This document shows positions 10,613 to 21,721 of a stretch of 64,000 bases of DNA, one piece after another. The position numbers and the translations under genes are program-made. The notes beneath the pieces are model-generated. The model saw nothing but the letters and a program-made list of their open reading frames with translations. It searched no databases and was not told the DNA's origin. Positions within the stretch are counted from its first letter, which is position 1. Every line of letters begins with the position of its first letter. Location of the stretch: the NCBI GenBank assembly GCA_964523315.1, contig CAZFYD010000002.1, positions 236-64,235 on the forward strand, written 5' to 3'. This DNA comes from an uncultured Acetatifactor sp. (GTDB taxonomy: Bacteria > Bacillota > Clostridia > Lachnospirales > Lachnospiraceae).

Positions 10613-11293
10613 ATGACAGTGAAAGATGCAGTGATAATTAAGAGCTATCAAAACGGTATTAATCTGATCCTCAGGGAGGATACTCCCTTTGAGGAAATTC
10701 TCAGTGAATTGTCTGCAAAGCTCAGCAGCTCCCGCAGCTTTTTCGGCAATGTGGATGTGGCCCTTTCCTACGAGGGGCGCCTGCTGGATCATGACCAGGA
10801 GGTAGCGCTGGTGGAGGCTATCCGCCAGTCCAGCGATCTGCATCTGATCTGTATTGTGGGCAAGGACGAGGAGACCAACAAACGCTATATCAAGGCGATA
10901 CAGAAGGTGCAGGAGAAGTTCCCTGCCGGCAGCGAGGGACAGCTGCACAAGGGATCTCTGAAAAACAGCGAGGTGCTGGAGACGGAGAACAGCATTGTCA
11001 TACTGGGGGATGTCTATCCGGGCAGTGCAGTCATGTCTTCCAAAAATATTATTATACTGGGGGGCCTCTACGGGGAGGCCTATGCGGGCACTGACAGCAG
11101 TGAGAAAGGGGCCTATATCGCAGCGCTTGAAATGGAGCCGGAAAGATTACTTATCGGCGATTTCAAATATAAAAGCAACAGCAAACAGACAAAATGGGGA
11201 ATCCACGCTAAGGTACAGCCGAAAATTGCATATGTAAAGAACAATAAGATTGTTATGGAACCGCTTACCAAGGAGATACTGGACTCCTTTTAA
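10613..11293 (+). CDS. minC: Septum site-determining protein MinC
   Basis: C-terminal beta-helix pattern IVILGDVYPGSAV...GEAYAG; precedes minD. Confidence 0.9.
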   Translation: MTVKDAVIIKSYQNGINLILREDTPFEEILSELSAKLSSSRSFFGNVDVALSYEGRLLDHDQEVALVEAIRQSSDLHLICIVGKDEETNKRYIKAIQKVQEKFPAGSEGQLHKGSLKNSEVLETENSIVILGDVYPGSAVMSSKNIIILGGLYGEAYAGTDSSEKGAYIAALEMEPERLLIGDFKYKSNSKQTKWGIHAKVQPKIAYVKNNKIVMEPLTKEILDSF

Positions 11294-11359
11294 AATGAAT
11301 TGAAATGGATCCGGGCGACGATTATGAGTGCTGTCATGCGGCGGCAGAATGGAGGAAAT

Positions 11360-12151
11360 ATGAGTGAAGTAATTGTCGTCACATCAGGTAAAGGCGGTGT
11401 GGGTAAGACCACCACATCTGCAAACGTTGGAACCGGTCTTGCAAAGGCAGGAAAGAAAGTATGTCTGATCGACACGGACATCGGCCTGCGCAATCTGGAC
11501 GTGGTTATGGGACTGGAGAACCGGATTGTCTACAATCTGGTGGATGTTGTGGAGGGAAGCTGCCGGGTGAAACAGGCGCTGATCCGGGACAAGCGCAATC
11601 CCGGGCTATATCTGATGCCCTCCGCCCAGACCAGGGATAAAAGCGCAGTGACTCCCGGTCAGATGATCAAAGTCATCGAGCACCTGAAAGAACAGTTTGA
11701 TTATATCATTTTGGACTGTCCGGCAGGCATTGAACAGGGCTTCCAGAACGCCATCGCAGGCGCAGACCGGGCGCTGGTGGTCACAACTCCGGAGGTGTCA
11801 GCCATCCGGGATGCAGACCGGATCATCGGGCTGCTGGAAGCAAATGGGTTCCAGAAGATGGATCTTATCATCAACCGGCTGCGTACGGATATGGTAAGAA
11901 AGGGGGATATGATGTCTGCCGCAGATGTGGTGGATATTCTGGCTATACCGCTGATCGGTATTATCCCCGATGATGAGAATGTGGTGATCAGCACCAATCA
12001 GGGTGAGCCCCTGGTTGGCAGCAGTACGCCGGCAGGGGCGGCATATTACAATGTATGCCAGCGAGTGCTCGGCAAGGAGATCCCTTTTCTGAATTTGGAA
12101 AAAAGCATATCCTTCTGGACACGGGTAAGCGGTATTTTCCATAAGATTTGA
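11360..12151 (+). CDS. minD: Septum site-determining ATPase MinD
   Basis: SGKGGVGKTT, DIGLRNLD, C-terminal amphipathic helix; GGAGG RBS. Confidence 0.98.
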   Translation: MSEVIVVTSGKGGVGKTTTSANVGTGLAKAGKKVCLIDTDIGLRNLDVVMGLENRIVYNLVDVVEGSCRVKQALIRDKRNPGLYLMPSAQTRDKSAVTPGQMIKVIEHLKEQFDYIILDCPAGIEQGFQNAIAGADRALVVTTPEVSAIRDADRIIGLLEANGFQKMDLIINRLRTDMVRKGDMMSAADVVDILAIPLIGIIPDDENVVISTNQGEPLVGSSTPAGAAYYNVCQRVLGKEIPFLNLEKSISFWTRVSGIFHKI

Positions 12152-12168
12152 GAGGGGGCGCTTAGGTC

Positions 12169-12438
12169 ATGAGACATTTGTTCAGAAAAAAGAGCTCCTG
12201 CGAAATCGCCAGGGACCGGCTGAAGATCCTGCTGATTTCCGACCGGGTTAACTGTTCCCCGGAGATGATGGAGTTGATTAAGACAGATATTGCCAGGGTG
12301 ATATCCAAGTACATGAAGATAGATACCGGAAATATGGATATTCAGATCAGCAAGACGGGCAGCCTGGGCAAGCGGGGGACAAGGACCCCGGTGCTCAGCG
12401 CCAGCATTCCCATACTGGATCTGAACAAGCACTCATAA
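12169..12438 (+). CDS. minE: Cell division topological specificity factor MinE
   Basis: S..IARDRLKILLISDR and I..VISKY motifs. Confidence 0.95.
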   Translation: MRHLFRKKSSCEIARDRLKILLISDRVNCSPEMMELIKTDIARVISKYMKIDTGNMDIQISKTGSLGKRGTRTPVLSASIPILDLNKHS

Positions 12439-12450
12439 AAGAGGAGTACG

Positions 12451-13560
12451 ATGTTTAACAAAGGCTATCACATCAGAAATTATGATTTTAAATTGGTTCT
12501 GCTGATTTTGGCAATTTCCGCCATCGGTGTTTTTGCGGTGGGAAGCGCCCAGCAGTCAGTGCAGCAGAAGCAGCTGCTGGGAATGATTGCAGGCGCCTTT
12601 CTCATGGTGGTCATTTCCCTGCTGGATTACAAGGTGCTGCTGAAGCTGTACTGGCTGATGTACCTTGGGAATTTAGTACTACTTTTACTGGTGAAGTTTA
12701 AGGGGGAAGAGACAAAGGGCGCACAGCGCTGGCTTCGCTTCCCCGGAGGTTTCCGTTTCCAGCCTTCAGAAACTGCAAAAATTTTGTTGATTTTATTCTT
12801 TGCACAGTTTATTATGAAACATATAGAGAAATTGAATACCTTCCGGATCATTGCACTGTGTGTGCTGCTGTTTGCCGCACCCTGGTATCTGATCTATGAC
12901 CAGCCTGACCTGTCCACCAGTATTATGATGATTGTGCTGTTCTGCATCATCATGTTTTCCGGGGGACTGAGCTTCAAGGTCATTGCGGGGGTGCTGGCAG
13001 TCGCCATACCGGCGGCGGCTCTGCTGGTGGCCCTGGCGCTGCAGCCGGACAGCAAGGTACTGGATGAGTATCAGAGAGGACGTATCCTTGCCTTTATTTA
13101 CCCGGAGCAGTATGCTACAACCACAGCCTATCAGCAGCTCAATTCCGTGACGGCTATCGCCTCGGGGATGCTGGACGGCAAGGGGTATAAAAACAATGAG
13201 ATCACCTCGGTAAAAAACGGCAATTTTATCTCCGAACCCCAGACAGACTTTATCTTTTCCGTGATCGGAGAGGAGTTTGGCTTCAAGGGAAGCTTTGCGG
13301 TGATCGTACTGGAGATGCTGATCGCTTTGGAATGTATTCATGTTGCCAGAAAGGCCCGGGATCCGGCGGGTACGATCATTGCCGCCAGTATGGGGGGATT
13401 GGTTGGGTTCCAGTCCTTCGTCAATATCGGTGTGGCAACCTTCATCCTGCCTACCACCGGTCTGACGCTGCCCTTTGTCAGTTACGGGCTGACATCTCTG
13501 ATAAGTCTGTTCATCGGTATGGGTTTTGTGCTAAATGTACGGCTGCAGGCGAGAAGATAA
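12451..13560 (+). CDS. rodA: SEDS family glycosyltransferase RodA
   Basis: [37 protein letters not shown] motifs. Confidence 0.92.
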   Translation: MFNKGYHIRNYDFKLVLLILAISAIGVFAVGSAQQSVQQKQLLGMIAGAFLMVVISLLDYKVLLKLYWLMYLGNLVLLLLVKFKGEETKGAQRWLRFPGGFRFQPSETAKILLILFFAQFIMKHIEKLNTFRIIALCVLLFAAPWYLIYDQPDLSTSIMMIVLFCIIMFSGGLSFKVIAGVLAVAIPAAALLVALALQPDSKVLDEYQRGRILAFIYPEQYATTTAYQQLNSVTAIASGMLDGKGYKNNEITSVKNGNFISEPQTDFIFSVIGEEFGFKGSFAVIVLEMLIALECIHVARKARDPAGTIIAASMGGLVGFQSFVNIGVATFILPTTGLTLPFVSYGLTSLISLFIGMGFVLNVRLQARR

Positions 13561-13591
13561 GAGCTATAAATTATGGGAGAGGTATTTTACA

Positions 13592-13987
13592 ATGAATATT
13601 GCGCTGATTGCACATGATGCAAAAAAGAAATTGATGCAGAATTTTTGCATTGCTTATCGGGGGATACTGAACAAAAACGATTTGTATGCTACGGGCACCA
13701 CCGGACGTCTGATTGAGGAGGTGACCAATTTAAATATCCATAAGTTTCTGGCCGGTCATCTGGGAGGGGAACAGCAGATCGGCGCACAGATTGAACATAA
13801 TCAGATGGATCTGGTGATTTTTCTGCGGGATCCGCTGACGCCAAAGTCCCACGAACCGGATGTCAACAATGTGGTGAAATTGTGCGATATGCACAATATC
13901 CCTCTGGCAACCAATCTGGCTACTGCTGAACTGTTGATTAAGTCCTTAGACAGAGGAGATCTTGAGTGGCGTGAAATGTACAAATAA
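13592..13987 (+). CDS. mgsA: Methylglyoxal synthase
   Basis: [31 protein letters not shown]. Confidence 0.93.
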   Translation: MNIALIAHDAKKKLMQNFCIAYRGILNKNDLYATGTTGRLIEEVTNLNIHKFLAGHLGGEQQIGAQIEHNQMDLVIFLRDPLTPKSHEPDVNNVVKLCDMHNIPLATNLATAELLIKSLDRGDLEWREMYK

Positions 13988-14963
13988 CCATTGGATAAAA
14001 AGGATCTGTGTACTTCTGGCAGGGGTAATGCTCCTTGCCTGCACGGGCTGCGGACAGAGCGCCTATGAAATGCCCTATGATGTCGACTCCGTGATCAGCG
14101 GTTTCAATGTGATCAGCCGTCAGAACAGTAAGGCGGCCCACACCTTTGCTGAGGAGCTGTGCGTCGTAACGAAGGATGTGACTGATGATGAAAATCTGGA
14201 CATGACCCAGGCGGAAGCAGCGATCCTGTTTGGTCTCAATGACTGTGAGGTGCTGTATGCAAAAAATGCCCATGAACGGCTGCATCCGGCCAGCCTGACC
14301 AAGGTGATGACAGCGCTGGTTGCCTTGAAATACGGCAGCATCGACCAGGTGCTGACGGCTACGGATGCCGTGACCATCACAGAGAGCGGCGCCCAGCTTA
14401 TCGGCCTAAAGCCGGGAGATTCCATGACACTGAATCAGGCGCTGCATGTAATGCTGCTGTACAGTGCCAATGATGTTGCCATGCTGATTGCCGAAGGTGT
14501 GGGCGGCAGTACCGAGCACTTTGTGGAGCTTATGAACCAGGAGGCTCAGGAACTGGGAGCTACCAATACCCATTTTATGAATCCACACGGACTGACTCAG
14601 GAGGATCATTATACCACGGCATATGACCTCTATCTGATCTTTAATGAAGCATTGAAATATGAGAAATTTAATGAGATCATTCAGATGAGCAGTTATGAGA
14701 CTACATACAGTGATGCTGAGGGAACGGTCAAGAGTTTAAGCATAATGAGCTCCAATCTGTTCCTGCGAGGGGATTATAAGCCCCCGGAAAATATTACGGT
14801 AATCGGCGGTAAGACCGGCACTACCAATGCAGCCAGGAGCTGTCTGATGCTGCTTTCCAGGGATGCCCAGGGTTCCCCCTATATCTCGATTATTCTGAAG
14901 GCGGAGACACGGGATGTGGTTTATGAAAAAATGATTGAATTATTAGAGGAAATACAGAATTAA
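13962..14963 (+). CDS. D-alanyl-D-alanine carboxypeptidase (peptidase S11), probable lipoprotein
   Basis: PASLTK (SxxK), SAN, NPHGL and KTG motifs; signal peptide with Cys; exact start uncertain. Confidence 0.92.
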   Translation: MSGVKCTNNHWIKRICVLLAGVMLLACTGCGQSAYEMPYDVDSVISGFNVISRQNSKAAHTFAEELCVVTKDVTDDENLDMTQAEAAILFGLNDCEVLYAKNAHERLHPASLTKVMTALVALKYGSIDQVLTATDAVTITESGAQLIGLKPGDSMTLNQALHVMLLYSANDVAMLIAEGVGGSTEHFVELMNQEAQELGATNTHFMNPHGLTQEDHYTTAYDLYLIFNEALKYEKFNEIIQMSSYETTYSDAEGTVKSLSIMSSNLFLRGDYKPPENITVIGGKTGTTNAARSCLMLLSRDAQGSPYISIILKAETRDVVYEKMIELLEEIQN

Positions 14964-15035
14964 AGGTTGTTTTTTGGCCTGAGATAAACTATAATAGTAA
15001 TAGTTCCAAAACAATTTACTTTAGGAGGGTTACCA

Positions 15036-15455
15036 ATGGTTCAGTTAATCGTAGGCAATAAAGGTAAAGGAAAGACAAAACAGTTACTGGATAAAGTAAA
15101 TAGTGAAGTGAAGAATATCACAGGTAACATTGCATATCTGGATAAGAGCGCCAAGCATATGTACGAGCTTAACAATAAGGTGAGACTGATCGATGTATCA
15201 CAGTTCATGATTGAGAATGCCAGTGAATTCCTTGGCTTTATCTGCGGCGTTCTTTCTCAGGATCATGATCTGCAGCAGATGTATTTTGACAGCTTTCTGA
15301 AGATTTCCTGCCTGGAAGGTGCAGATATTACCGACACCGTAGCCAAGCTGGAGAAGATCAGTGGGGCCATGGACGTGGACTTTATTCTCAGCGTTTCCAG
15401 GGATGAGAGCGAGTTGCCCGAAACGTTAAAGAAGAATATTATCATTTCTCTGTAA
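15036..15455 (+). CDS. Conserved small P-loop-like protein (often labelled PilT-like in Clostridia)
   Basis: N-terminal GNKGKGKT; AGGAGG RBS. Confidence 0.75.
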   Translation: MVQLIVGNKGKGKTKQLLDKVNSEVKNITGNIAYLDKSAKHMYELNNKVRLIDVSQFMIENASEFLGFICGVLSQDHDLQQMYFDSFLKISCLEGADITDTVAKLEKISGAMDVDFILSVSRDESELPETLKKNIIISL

Positions 15456-15491
15456 GCAGAGCATATACACGCAATAACAATTGTACGGATA

Positions 15492-15520
15492 AAAGCCTCG
15501 GATGAAAAACGGGGCTTTTT
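15492..15520 (+). terminator. Probable intrinsic terminator
   Basis: AAAGCCTCG-loop-CGGGGCTTTT hairpin with U tract. Confidence 0.65.
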
Positions 15521-15591
15521 CTGAGTATATTCCCAGTTACGGCTTTGCGAATGGAGCAAGCCAAACTGTACTAATCTTAAGGAGGCAATCG

Positions 15592-16995
15592 GTGGCGAAG
15601 AGACAGCAGACTCCCACAAATATCAGGAAATACCGAAAACCCCTGAATCTGAATATCGGCATGATTATTTTTGCAGCCATCCTGATCTATGTGGTGTACT
15701 GCGTGATTGCGTCCCTGAAAACGGAACATATCACCCCCTATGAGGTCAAAGAGGGCTCTCTGGCCATGAATTATACCTTTCGGGGGCTGGCCATCCGTGA
15801 AGAAACAGTGGTCACTGCGCAGAAGGCAGGCTACATCAATTATTATGCCCGGGAGGGGGAGAGAGTGGCAAGCGGAGACCTGATCTATACGGTGGATGAG
15901 ACTGGACGGCTCAATGATTACCTGCAGAGTACGGAAATGGAAGACAATGCTCTCAGCGAGCGGGAACTGGCGGAGCTGCGCAATGAAGTAGTCAGCTTTA
16001 TCCATAATTTTAACGCTTCGGATTTTGACAGTGTATACAGCTTTAAGTATAGCTTAAAGGGTACGGTTATGAAGCTGGCTAATACAGGAGTGATGCAGAA
16101 CATCAGCGATATTAACAACAGCAGTCTTACCGATATGGTGGACTTCTGCCGCAGCAGCGCCTCCGGGATCGTGACCTACTGGACGGACGGCTACGAGAGC
16201 CTGACACCTGAGATGGTTAATGCCGATATGTTTGAAGAAAAGAACTATGAGAAGACCCAGCTTCTGGAAAATGAACTGATTACCCAGGATGATGCGGTGT
16301 ACAAGCTTTCCACAGACGAGAACTGGTCCCTGATCATACCGGTGGAGGAAGAGCAGAGCATCATGCTGCAGGACGAAGAATACATTAAGGTTCGATTCCT
16401 GAAGAATCAATATGAATCCTGGGCTGGTGTGCATCTGATCCAAGGCAGTGACGGGGAGTCTTATCTCCAGCTGGATTTCAATAACTCCATGGTGACCTTT
16501 GCCACCGAACGATTTGTGGATATTGAGCTGATTCTGAATGATGAGGTCGGTCTTAAGATCCCCAATTCTTCCATTGTCCAGAAGGATTTTTATCTGGTAC
16601 CCAGGGATTATATGACCAAAGGAGAGGACGGGGCAGACGGCGTTATCTTAGAGCGCTATAATGAGGAGGGAACAATTTACAGCGAGTTTCTGGAGACTTC
16701 CATCTACAGCTATGATGCGGAGACCGGGGAATATTATCTGGACAGTGCGGCCTTAGAGATCGGTTCCAATATCCTGATGCCGGACAGCCAGGAAAAATAT
16801 ACCATAAGCCGCAGGGCTTCCCTGACAGGCGTATATAATATGAATAAAGGATATGCCGATTTCAGGCAAATCAATATTCTGTATCAAAATGAGGAATATG
16901 CGATTGTAAAGTCCAATACCCAGTATGGGCTGAATGTATATGACTATATCGTGCTGAATGCAGCGGCGGTAAACGATGACCAGTTTATTTATTAA
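15592..16995 (+). CDS. HlyD-like membrane-anchored adaptor protein
   Basis: Single TM, lipoyl-like half motif (EGERVASGDLIYTVD), coiled coil; GGAGG RBS before GTG. Confidence 0.75.
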   Translation: MAKRQQTPTNIRKYRKPLNLNIGMIIFAAILIYVVYCVIASLKTEHITPYEVKEGSLAMNYTFRGLAIREETVVTAQKAGYINYYAREGERVASGDLIYTVDETGRLNDYLQSTEMEDNALSERELAELRNEVVSFIHNFNASDFDSVYSFKYSLKGTVMKLANTGVMQNISDINNSSLTDMVDFCRSSASGIVTYWTDGYESLTPEMVNADMFEEKNYEKTQLLENELITQDDAVYKLSTDENWSLIIPVEEEQSIMLQDEEYIKVRFLKNQYESWAGVHLIQGSDGESYLQLDFNNSMVTFATERFVDIELILNDEVGLKIPNSSIVQKDFYLVPRDYMTKGEDGADGVILERYNEEGTIYSEFLETSIYSYDAETGEYYLDSAALEIGSNILMPDSQEKYTISRRASLTGVYNMNKGYADFRQINILYQNEEYAIVKSNTQYGLNVYDYIVLNAAAVNDDQFIY

Positions 16996-17009
16996 AAGCA
17001 GGTGAATGT

Positions 17010-17708
17010 ATGATTCGTGAAAATCTGGAGCAGACCCGGAAAAATATAGAGGAAGCATGTCGGAAGGCCCGGCGTGATACCGGAGAGGTACAGTTGATTG
17101 CTGTCAGCAAGACAAAACCTGTATCCATGCTGCAGGAAGCCTATGCTGCAGGCGTTCGGGATTTCGGGGAGAATAAGGTGCAGGAGCTGCTGGAAAAGCA
17201 GGAAATCCTCCCGAAGGATATCCGCTGGCATATGATCGGCCACCTGCAGCGCAATAAGGTAAAATATCTGGTGGATAAAGTATATCTGATCCATAGTGTG
17301 GATTCCCTGCGTCTGGCTCAGGAGATCCAGAAGGAGGCGGAGAAAAAACAGGTGGAGGTCAATATTCTGGTGGAGGTCAATGTAGCCGGGGAGGATAGCA
17401 AGTTCGGCGCCGCCTCTGAGGAGACCCTGCAGCTGGTCCGGGAGATTGCTTTGCTGCCCGCCGTTCATATCCAAGGGCTTATGACAGTGGCCCCCTATGT
17501 GGACGAGCCGGAAGAAAATCGCAGGATTTTTGCTGACTTGAAACAATTAGCTGTTGACATTATGCGAAAAAACATTGATAATGTGAATATGAATGTGTTA
17601 TCCATGGGAATGACCGGGGATTATCAGATAGCAGTAGAAGAAGGTGCCACCTGTGTACGGGTTGGAACCGGTATTTTCGGTGAGAGGAATTATGGGAACA
17701 ATCATTAA
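17010..17708 (+). CDS. yggS: Pyridoxal phosphate homeostasis protein YggS
   Basis: LIAVSKT, FGENKVQE, WHMIGHLQRNKV, LSMGMTGDY. Confidence 0.96.
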   Translation: MIRENLEQTRKNIEEACRKARRDTGEVQLIAVSKTKPVSMLQEAYAAGVRDFGENKVQELLEKQEILPKDIRWHMIGHLQRNKVKYLVDKVYLIHSVDSLRLAQEIQKEAEKKQVEVNILVEVNVAGEDSKFGAASEETLQLVREIALLPAVHIQGLMTVAPYVDEPEENRRIFADLKQLAVDIMRKNIDNVNMNVLSMGMTGDYQIAVEEGATCVRVGTGIFGERNYGNNH

Positions 17709-17723
17709 AGGAGAGACAATATA

Positions 17724-18245
17724 ATGGGCGTAATGGACAAGTTTCTGAATTACATGAAGCTGAATGAGGATGAAGACGGCTACTACGATGGCGATTACTA
17801 TGATGAGGAGGACGATATAGAGGAAAATCCTGCGCCGAAGAAGCTCAGCTCGGTGAAAGAGAACAATGACATCGAGGACAAGCCGATGAAGAGGTCTGCA
17901 CCCGGCAAGGTGACGCAGATACGTCAGCCTGCGACCCGCAAGCTTCCCGGAGGCAGCGGAATGGAAGTATGTGTGATCAAACCCACCTCCATTGAGGATG
18001 CCCGGGAGATTACGGAGACACTGCTGTCCAACCGGACTGTAGTGCTGAATCTGGAGGGGATTGATGTGGATATTGCCCAGCGGATCATTGATTTTACTTC
18101 CGGCTCCTGTTTTGCCATCTCCGGCAATTTACAGAAGATCTCACACTACATATTCATCATTACTCCGGCCAGCGTGGACGTATCCGGAGATTTTCAGGAC
18201 ATTTTCGGCGGATCCTTTGATTCGCCGCTGAATACGGATTTATAG
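17724..18245 (+). CDS. sepF: Cell division protein SepF
   Basis: N-terminal amphipathic helix, acidic linker, VVLNLE...AQRIIDF. Confidence 0.95.
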   Translation: MGVMDKFLNYMKLNEDEDGYYDGDYYDEEDDIEENPAPKKLSSVKENNDIEDKPMKRSAPGKVTQIRQPATRKLPGGSGMEVCVIKPTSIEDAREITETLLSNRTVVLNLEGIDVDIAQRIIDFTSGSCFAISGNLQKISHYIFIITPASVDVSGDFQDIFGGSFDSPLNTDL

Positions 18246-18287
18246 GAAGTGCATAACAGGAGATTTATGAAAGCGAGGATCACATAT

Positions 18288-19397
18288 ATGGCGCAGAGAC
18301 TGCCCATACTATACCGGGACAAGCCCTGTTATGATATCTATATTACCAGAAATTTCACAGATGCTGCGCAGGAGTTTGCTCCCTTTATTACCCGGGACAA
18401 AAAGGTTTGCATCATTACGGATTCCAATGTCAGGGGCCTGTATGCGGATGCATTGAAAACGGAGCTTTACAGGCTTTCCGATAAGGTGGATATTTACACA
18501 GTGCCTGCGGGGGAAGAGCATAAGACGCTGGACAGCATTCGCAAGATCTATGCCTTCCTGATTCAAGAGGGCTATGGGCGCAGAGATTTGCTGGTAGCCT
18601 TGGGAGGCGGCGTGATTGGGGATATGACCGGCTATACGGCAGCTACCTACTTAAGAGGTGTGGACTATATTCAGGTGCCCACCACCCTGCTTTCCCAGTG
18701 TGACAGCAGCATCGGCGGCAAGACAGGTGTGGACTTTGACGGGTACAAGAACATGGTTGGCGCCTTTAAGATGCCCCGGCTGGTATATATGAATATGGAT
18801 ACCCTGCATACCCTGGAGGACCGCCAGTATTTTTCCGGCTTCGCAGAGGTGATGAAGCATGGTCTGATCAAGGATGTCAGATTCTATACCTGGCTGATCG
18901 ATCAGATGTATGAAATCTGTGAAAAGGATCCGGATGTGCTGGAGGAGATGATCCTGCGAAGCTGTACGATCAAAAAACAGGTGGTGGAAAAGGATCCCAC
19001 GGAGCAGGGGGACAGAGCTCTGCTGAACTACGGCCATACCATCGGCCATGCTGTTGAAAAGGCACGGAATTTCGAACTGCTGCACGGAGAATGCGTAGCG
19101 TTGGGGGCTGTGGCCGCCGCCTATATCTCCTGGAAGCGGGATATGATCTCCATGGAGGATTATTATGAGATCCGGGATATGTTTGTCCCCTTTAATCTGC
19201 CGATAACTGTGGAAAATATTGATCCCCGTGAAGTGCTGAAGCTGACACAGTCAGATAAAAAAGCTCAGGCCGGTACTATCAGGTTTATTCTGCTGGAGCG
19301 GATTGGCAAGGCCGTGATTGATACTACGGTATCGGAGGACGAGATCCTGGCTGCCATCCGGGAAATCTATTATCATGAAGGTGATACGTGTGAATAA
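18288..19397 (+). CDS. aroB: 3-dehydroquinate synthase
   Basis: GGGVIGD, PTTLLSQCDSSIGGKT, LNYGHTIGHA. Confidence 0.97.
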   Translation: MAQRLPILYRDKPCYDIYITRNFTDAAQEFAPFITRDKKVCIITDSNVRGLYADALKTELYRLSDKVDIYTVPAGEEHKTLDSIRKIYAFLIQEGYGRRDLLVALGGGVIGDMTGYTAATYLRGVDYIQVPTTLLSQCDSSIGGKTGVDFDGYKNMVGAFKMPRLVYMNMDTLHTLEDRQYFSGFAEVMKHGLIKDVRFYTWLIDQMYEICEKDPDVLEEMILRSCTIKKQVVEKDPTEQGDRALLNYGHTIGHAVEKARNFELLHGECVALGAVAAAYISWKRDMISMEDYYEIRDMFVPFNLPITVENIDPREVLKLTQSDKKAQAGTIRFILLERIGKAVIDTTVSEDEILAAIREIYYHEGDTCE

Positions 19398-19914
19398 GAA
19401 AAAAGCAATTCTGTTGGGAGCGGATCTGGTACTGGGGATCCTGCTGGTATGGTTTGACCAGTTTACCAAAAACCTGGCTATCGTGCATTTAAAGGGAAAG
19501 GAAGCCTATTCCCTGATTGATGGGGTGCTGGAACTGCAGTATCTGGAAAACAGCGGAGCCGCTTTCGGCATGCTGCAGAACCAAAAGATATTTATTTTAT
19601 TTGTGGGTATTATTTTTATGCTGGTACTGCTGTTCTTTTTATTGAAAATGCCGGTTAATGCGAAGTTTGCGGTCGTACATGTGCTGATGGTCTGCATTAT
19701 TTCGGGCGGGCTGGGCAATATGCTGGACCGTCTGCGCCTGGACTATGTGGTGGATTTTATTTCCTTTGTCCTGATTAACTATCCGATCTTTAATGTGGCG
19801 GATATCTATGTGGTCTGTGCCACCATCGGATTATTTATCATGTTTTTGTTTGTTCTCAGGGAAAAGGATCTGGAGTTCCTGAATTTCAAGCAGAATCGGT
19901 ACAGGGAGATGTAA
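19390..19914 (+). CDS. lspA: Lipoprotein signal peptidase II
   Basis: DQFTK, NSGAAFG, GNMLDR, VVDF, FNVADI. Confidence 0.96.
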   Translation: MNKKKAILLGADLVLGILLVWFDQFTKNLAIVHLKGKEAYSLIDGVLELQYLENSGAAFGMLQNQKIFILFVGIIFMLVLLFFLLKMPVNAKFAVVHVLMVCIISGGLGNMLDRLRLDYVVDFISFVLINYPIFNVADIYVVCATIGLFIMFLFVLREKDLEFLNFKQNRYREM

Positions 19915-20826
19915 ATGGATGATTTGTTTTTTTTAATGACAGAAGAATATGAGGGAGAGAGAATTGATAAATGCATGGCCATGCTGGTCGATTCCCTCTC
20001 CCGCAATTATATCCAGAAGCTGATCCGGGACGGTCAGGTTCTGGTAAACGGCAGTCCCGTACAGGTGAGTTATCTGGTCCAGACCGATGATGAGGTGTCT
20101 TTCACGCTGCCGCCGTCCCGTGAGCCAAATATCCGGCCCGAGAATATTCCTCTGGATATTCTGTACGAGGATGAGGATCTGTTGGTAGTAAACAAGCCCA
20201 AGGGGATGGTGGTTCATCCTGCCGCCGGGCATTACAGCGGCACCCTGGTCAATGGTGTCATGTATCACTGCGCAGGGAATTTATCCGGCATAAACGGGGT
20301 AATGCGTCCGGGGATTGTGCACCGGATCGACAGGGATACCACCGGTTCCCTGATTATCTGTAAAAGCAACAGGGCCCACAAGTATATTGCAGCCCAGCTG
20401 AAGGAACACTCCATCACCCGGCGTTACCGGGCGATCTGCTATGGAGTATTGAAAGAGGAGGAGGGCACTGTCGACAAGCCCATTGGCCGTCACCCTGTGG
20501 ACCGCAAGAAGATGACAGTCAGAGCCGACGGAAAGCGTGCCGTAACCCATTACCGGGTGCTGCAGCATTTTCAGAAGTACACCTATATCGAATGCGAGCT
20601 GGAGACCGGGCGCACCCACCAGATCCGGGTACACATGGCCAGCATCGGTCATCCGCTGCTGGGGGACGTGACCTATGCTCCGGGCAGGAAATGTCCCTTT
20701 TCTCTGCAGGGCCAGACCCTGCATGCGATGACCATTGGATTTATTCATCCGTCCACCGGAGCTTATCTGGAGGTGGAGGCTCCGCTGCCGGAATATTTCA
20801 CACATTTGCTTTCCATTTTGCAATAA
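19915..20826 (+). CDS. RluA/RluD family pseudouridine synthase
   Basis: S4 domain, NKPKGMVVHP, HRIDRDTTG, LETGRTHQIR. Confidence 0.95.
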   Translation: MDDLFFLMTEEYEGERIDKCMAMLVDSLSRNYIQKLIRDGQVLVNGSPVQVSYLVQTDDEVSFTLPPSREPNIRPENIPLDILYEDEDLLVVNKPKGMVVHPAAGHYSGTLVNGVMYHCAGNLSGINGVMRPGIVHRIDRDTTGSLIICKSNRAHKYIAAQLKEHSITRRYRAICYGVLKEEEGTVDKPIGRHPVDRKKMTVRADGKRAVTHYRVLQHFQKYTYIECELETGRTHQIRVHMASIGHPLLGDVTYAPGRKCPFSLQGQTLHAMTIGFIHPSTGAYLEVEAPLPEYFTHLLSILQ

Positions 20827-20913
20827 TTTATTGTCTTGCTGCAAAATTTGGTGTATAATAAAAACAGATAGATGATATTTCATTTATACTTTAAAAGGAA
20901 AGAGGGTTACTGT

Positions 20914-21543
20914 ATGAATACTGTGATTACGATCGGACGTCAGTTCGGCTCTGCAGGACGGGAAATCGGAGAAAAGGTAGCGGAATATTTCGGCATCAAA
21001 TGCTATGACAAGGAGCTGCTCACCAGGGCAGCGAAAGAGAGCGGCTTCTGCGAGGAAATGATCCAGAATCATGATGAACGCCCCACCAATTCTTTTTTGT
21101 ATAACCTGGTGATGGATACCTATTCTTTCGGCTATAACGCCTCCTCCTTTTTGGATATGCCCATCAGCCATAAGGTTTTTCTGGCACAGTTTGATACCAT
21201 AAAAAAGATCGCCGACGAGGGCAGCTGCGTGATCGTGGGCCGCTGTGCAGACTATGCCTTGGCAGATTATGAAAACTGCATTCATCTCTTTATCTATGCG
21301 GATGAAAGAACCAAGGTAAAACGGATTATGGAAAAATATGATCTGTCCGAGGATAAAGCCCGGGATATGATCGTCAAGAAGGATAAGCAGAGACAGAGCT
21401 ATTATAATTACTATTCCTCCAAGAAGTGGGGCCGTGCCGACAGCTATGACCTGTGCATCAACAGCAGCGTGCTGGGGGTGGAGGGAACTGTCAAGCTTAT
21501 CATCCAATATATAGAGGATTTTGAAGCAAAGAACCGGAAGTAA
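20914..21543 (+). CDS. Cytidylate kinase-like family protein
   Basis: ITIGRQFGSAGREIG, CVIVGRCADY, YDLCINSS. Confidence 0.9.
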   Translation: MNTVITIGRQFGSAGREIGEKVAEYFGIKCYDKELLTRAAKESGFCEEMIQNHDERPTNSFLYNLVMDTYSFGYNASSFLDMPISHKVFLAQFDTIKKIADEGSCVIVGRCADYALADYENCIHLFIYADERTKVKRIMEKYDLSEDKARDMIVKKDKQRQSYYNYYSSKKWGRADSYDLCINSSVLGVEGTVKLIIQYIEDFEAKNRK

Positions 21544-21574
21544 TATACAGTTCAGCTCTGATTGAAAAATTTTG

Positions 21575-21603
21575 TTGACAAATAAGGCACCTCATGCTAT
21601 GAT
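21575..21603 (+). promoter_or_regulatory. Sigma-A promoter of the rplU operon
   Basis: TTGACA-17 bp-TATGAT with extended TG. Confidence 0.85.
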
Positions 21604-21607
21604 ATTT

Positions 21608-21715
21608 CAGTATGCCGCATAACGAGGTAGAAGTGTGTCGTTTTATCAGGATGATACCACCAAAGTTAGCGAGTAAGAACGAAAGTATTTTTTGCTGGAG
21701 TTCGTGAATAGGAGG
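21608..21715 (+). ncRNA. Putative L21 ribosomal protein leader
   Basis: About 110-nt 5' UTR between a consensus promoter and rplU, starting TATGCCGCA and containing GCGAG; position matches the Firmicutes L21 leader; boundaries approximate. Confidence 0.55.
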
Positions 21716-21721
21716 TGCCTT

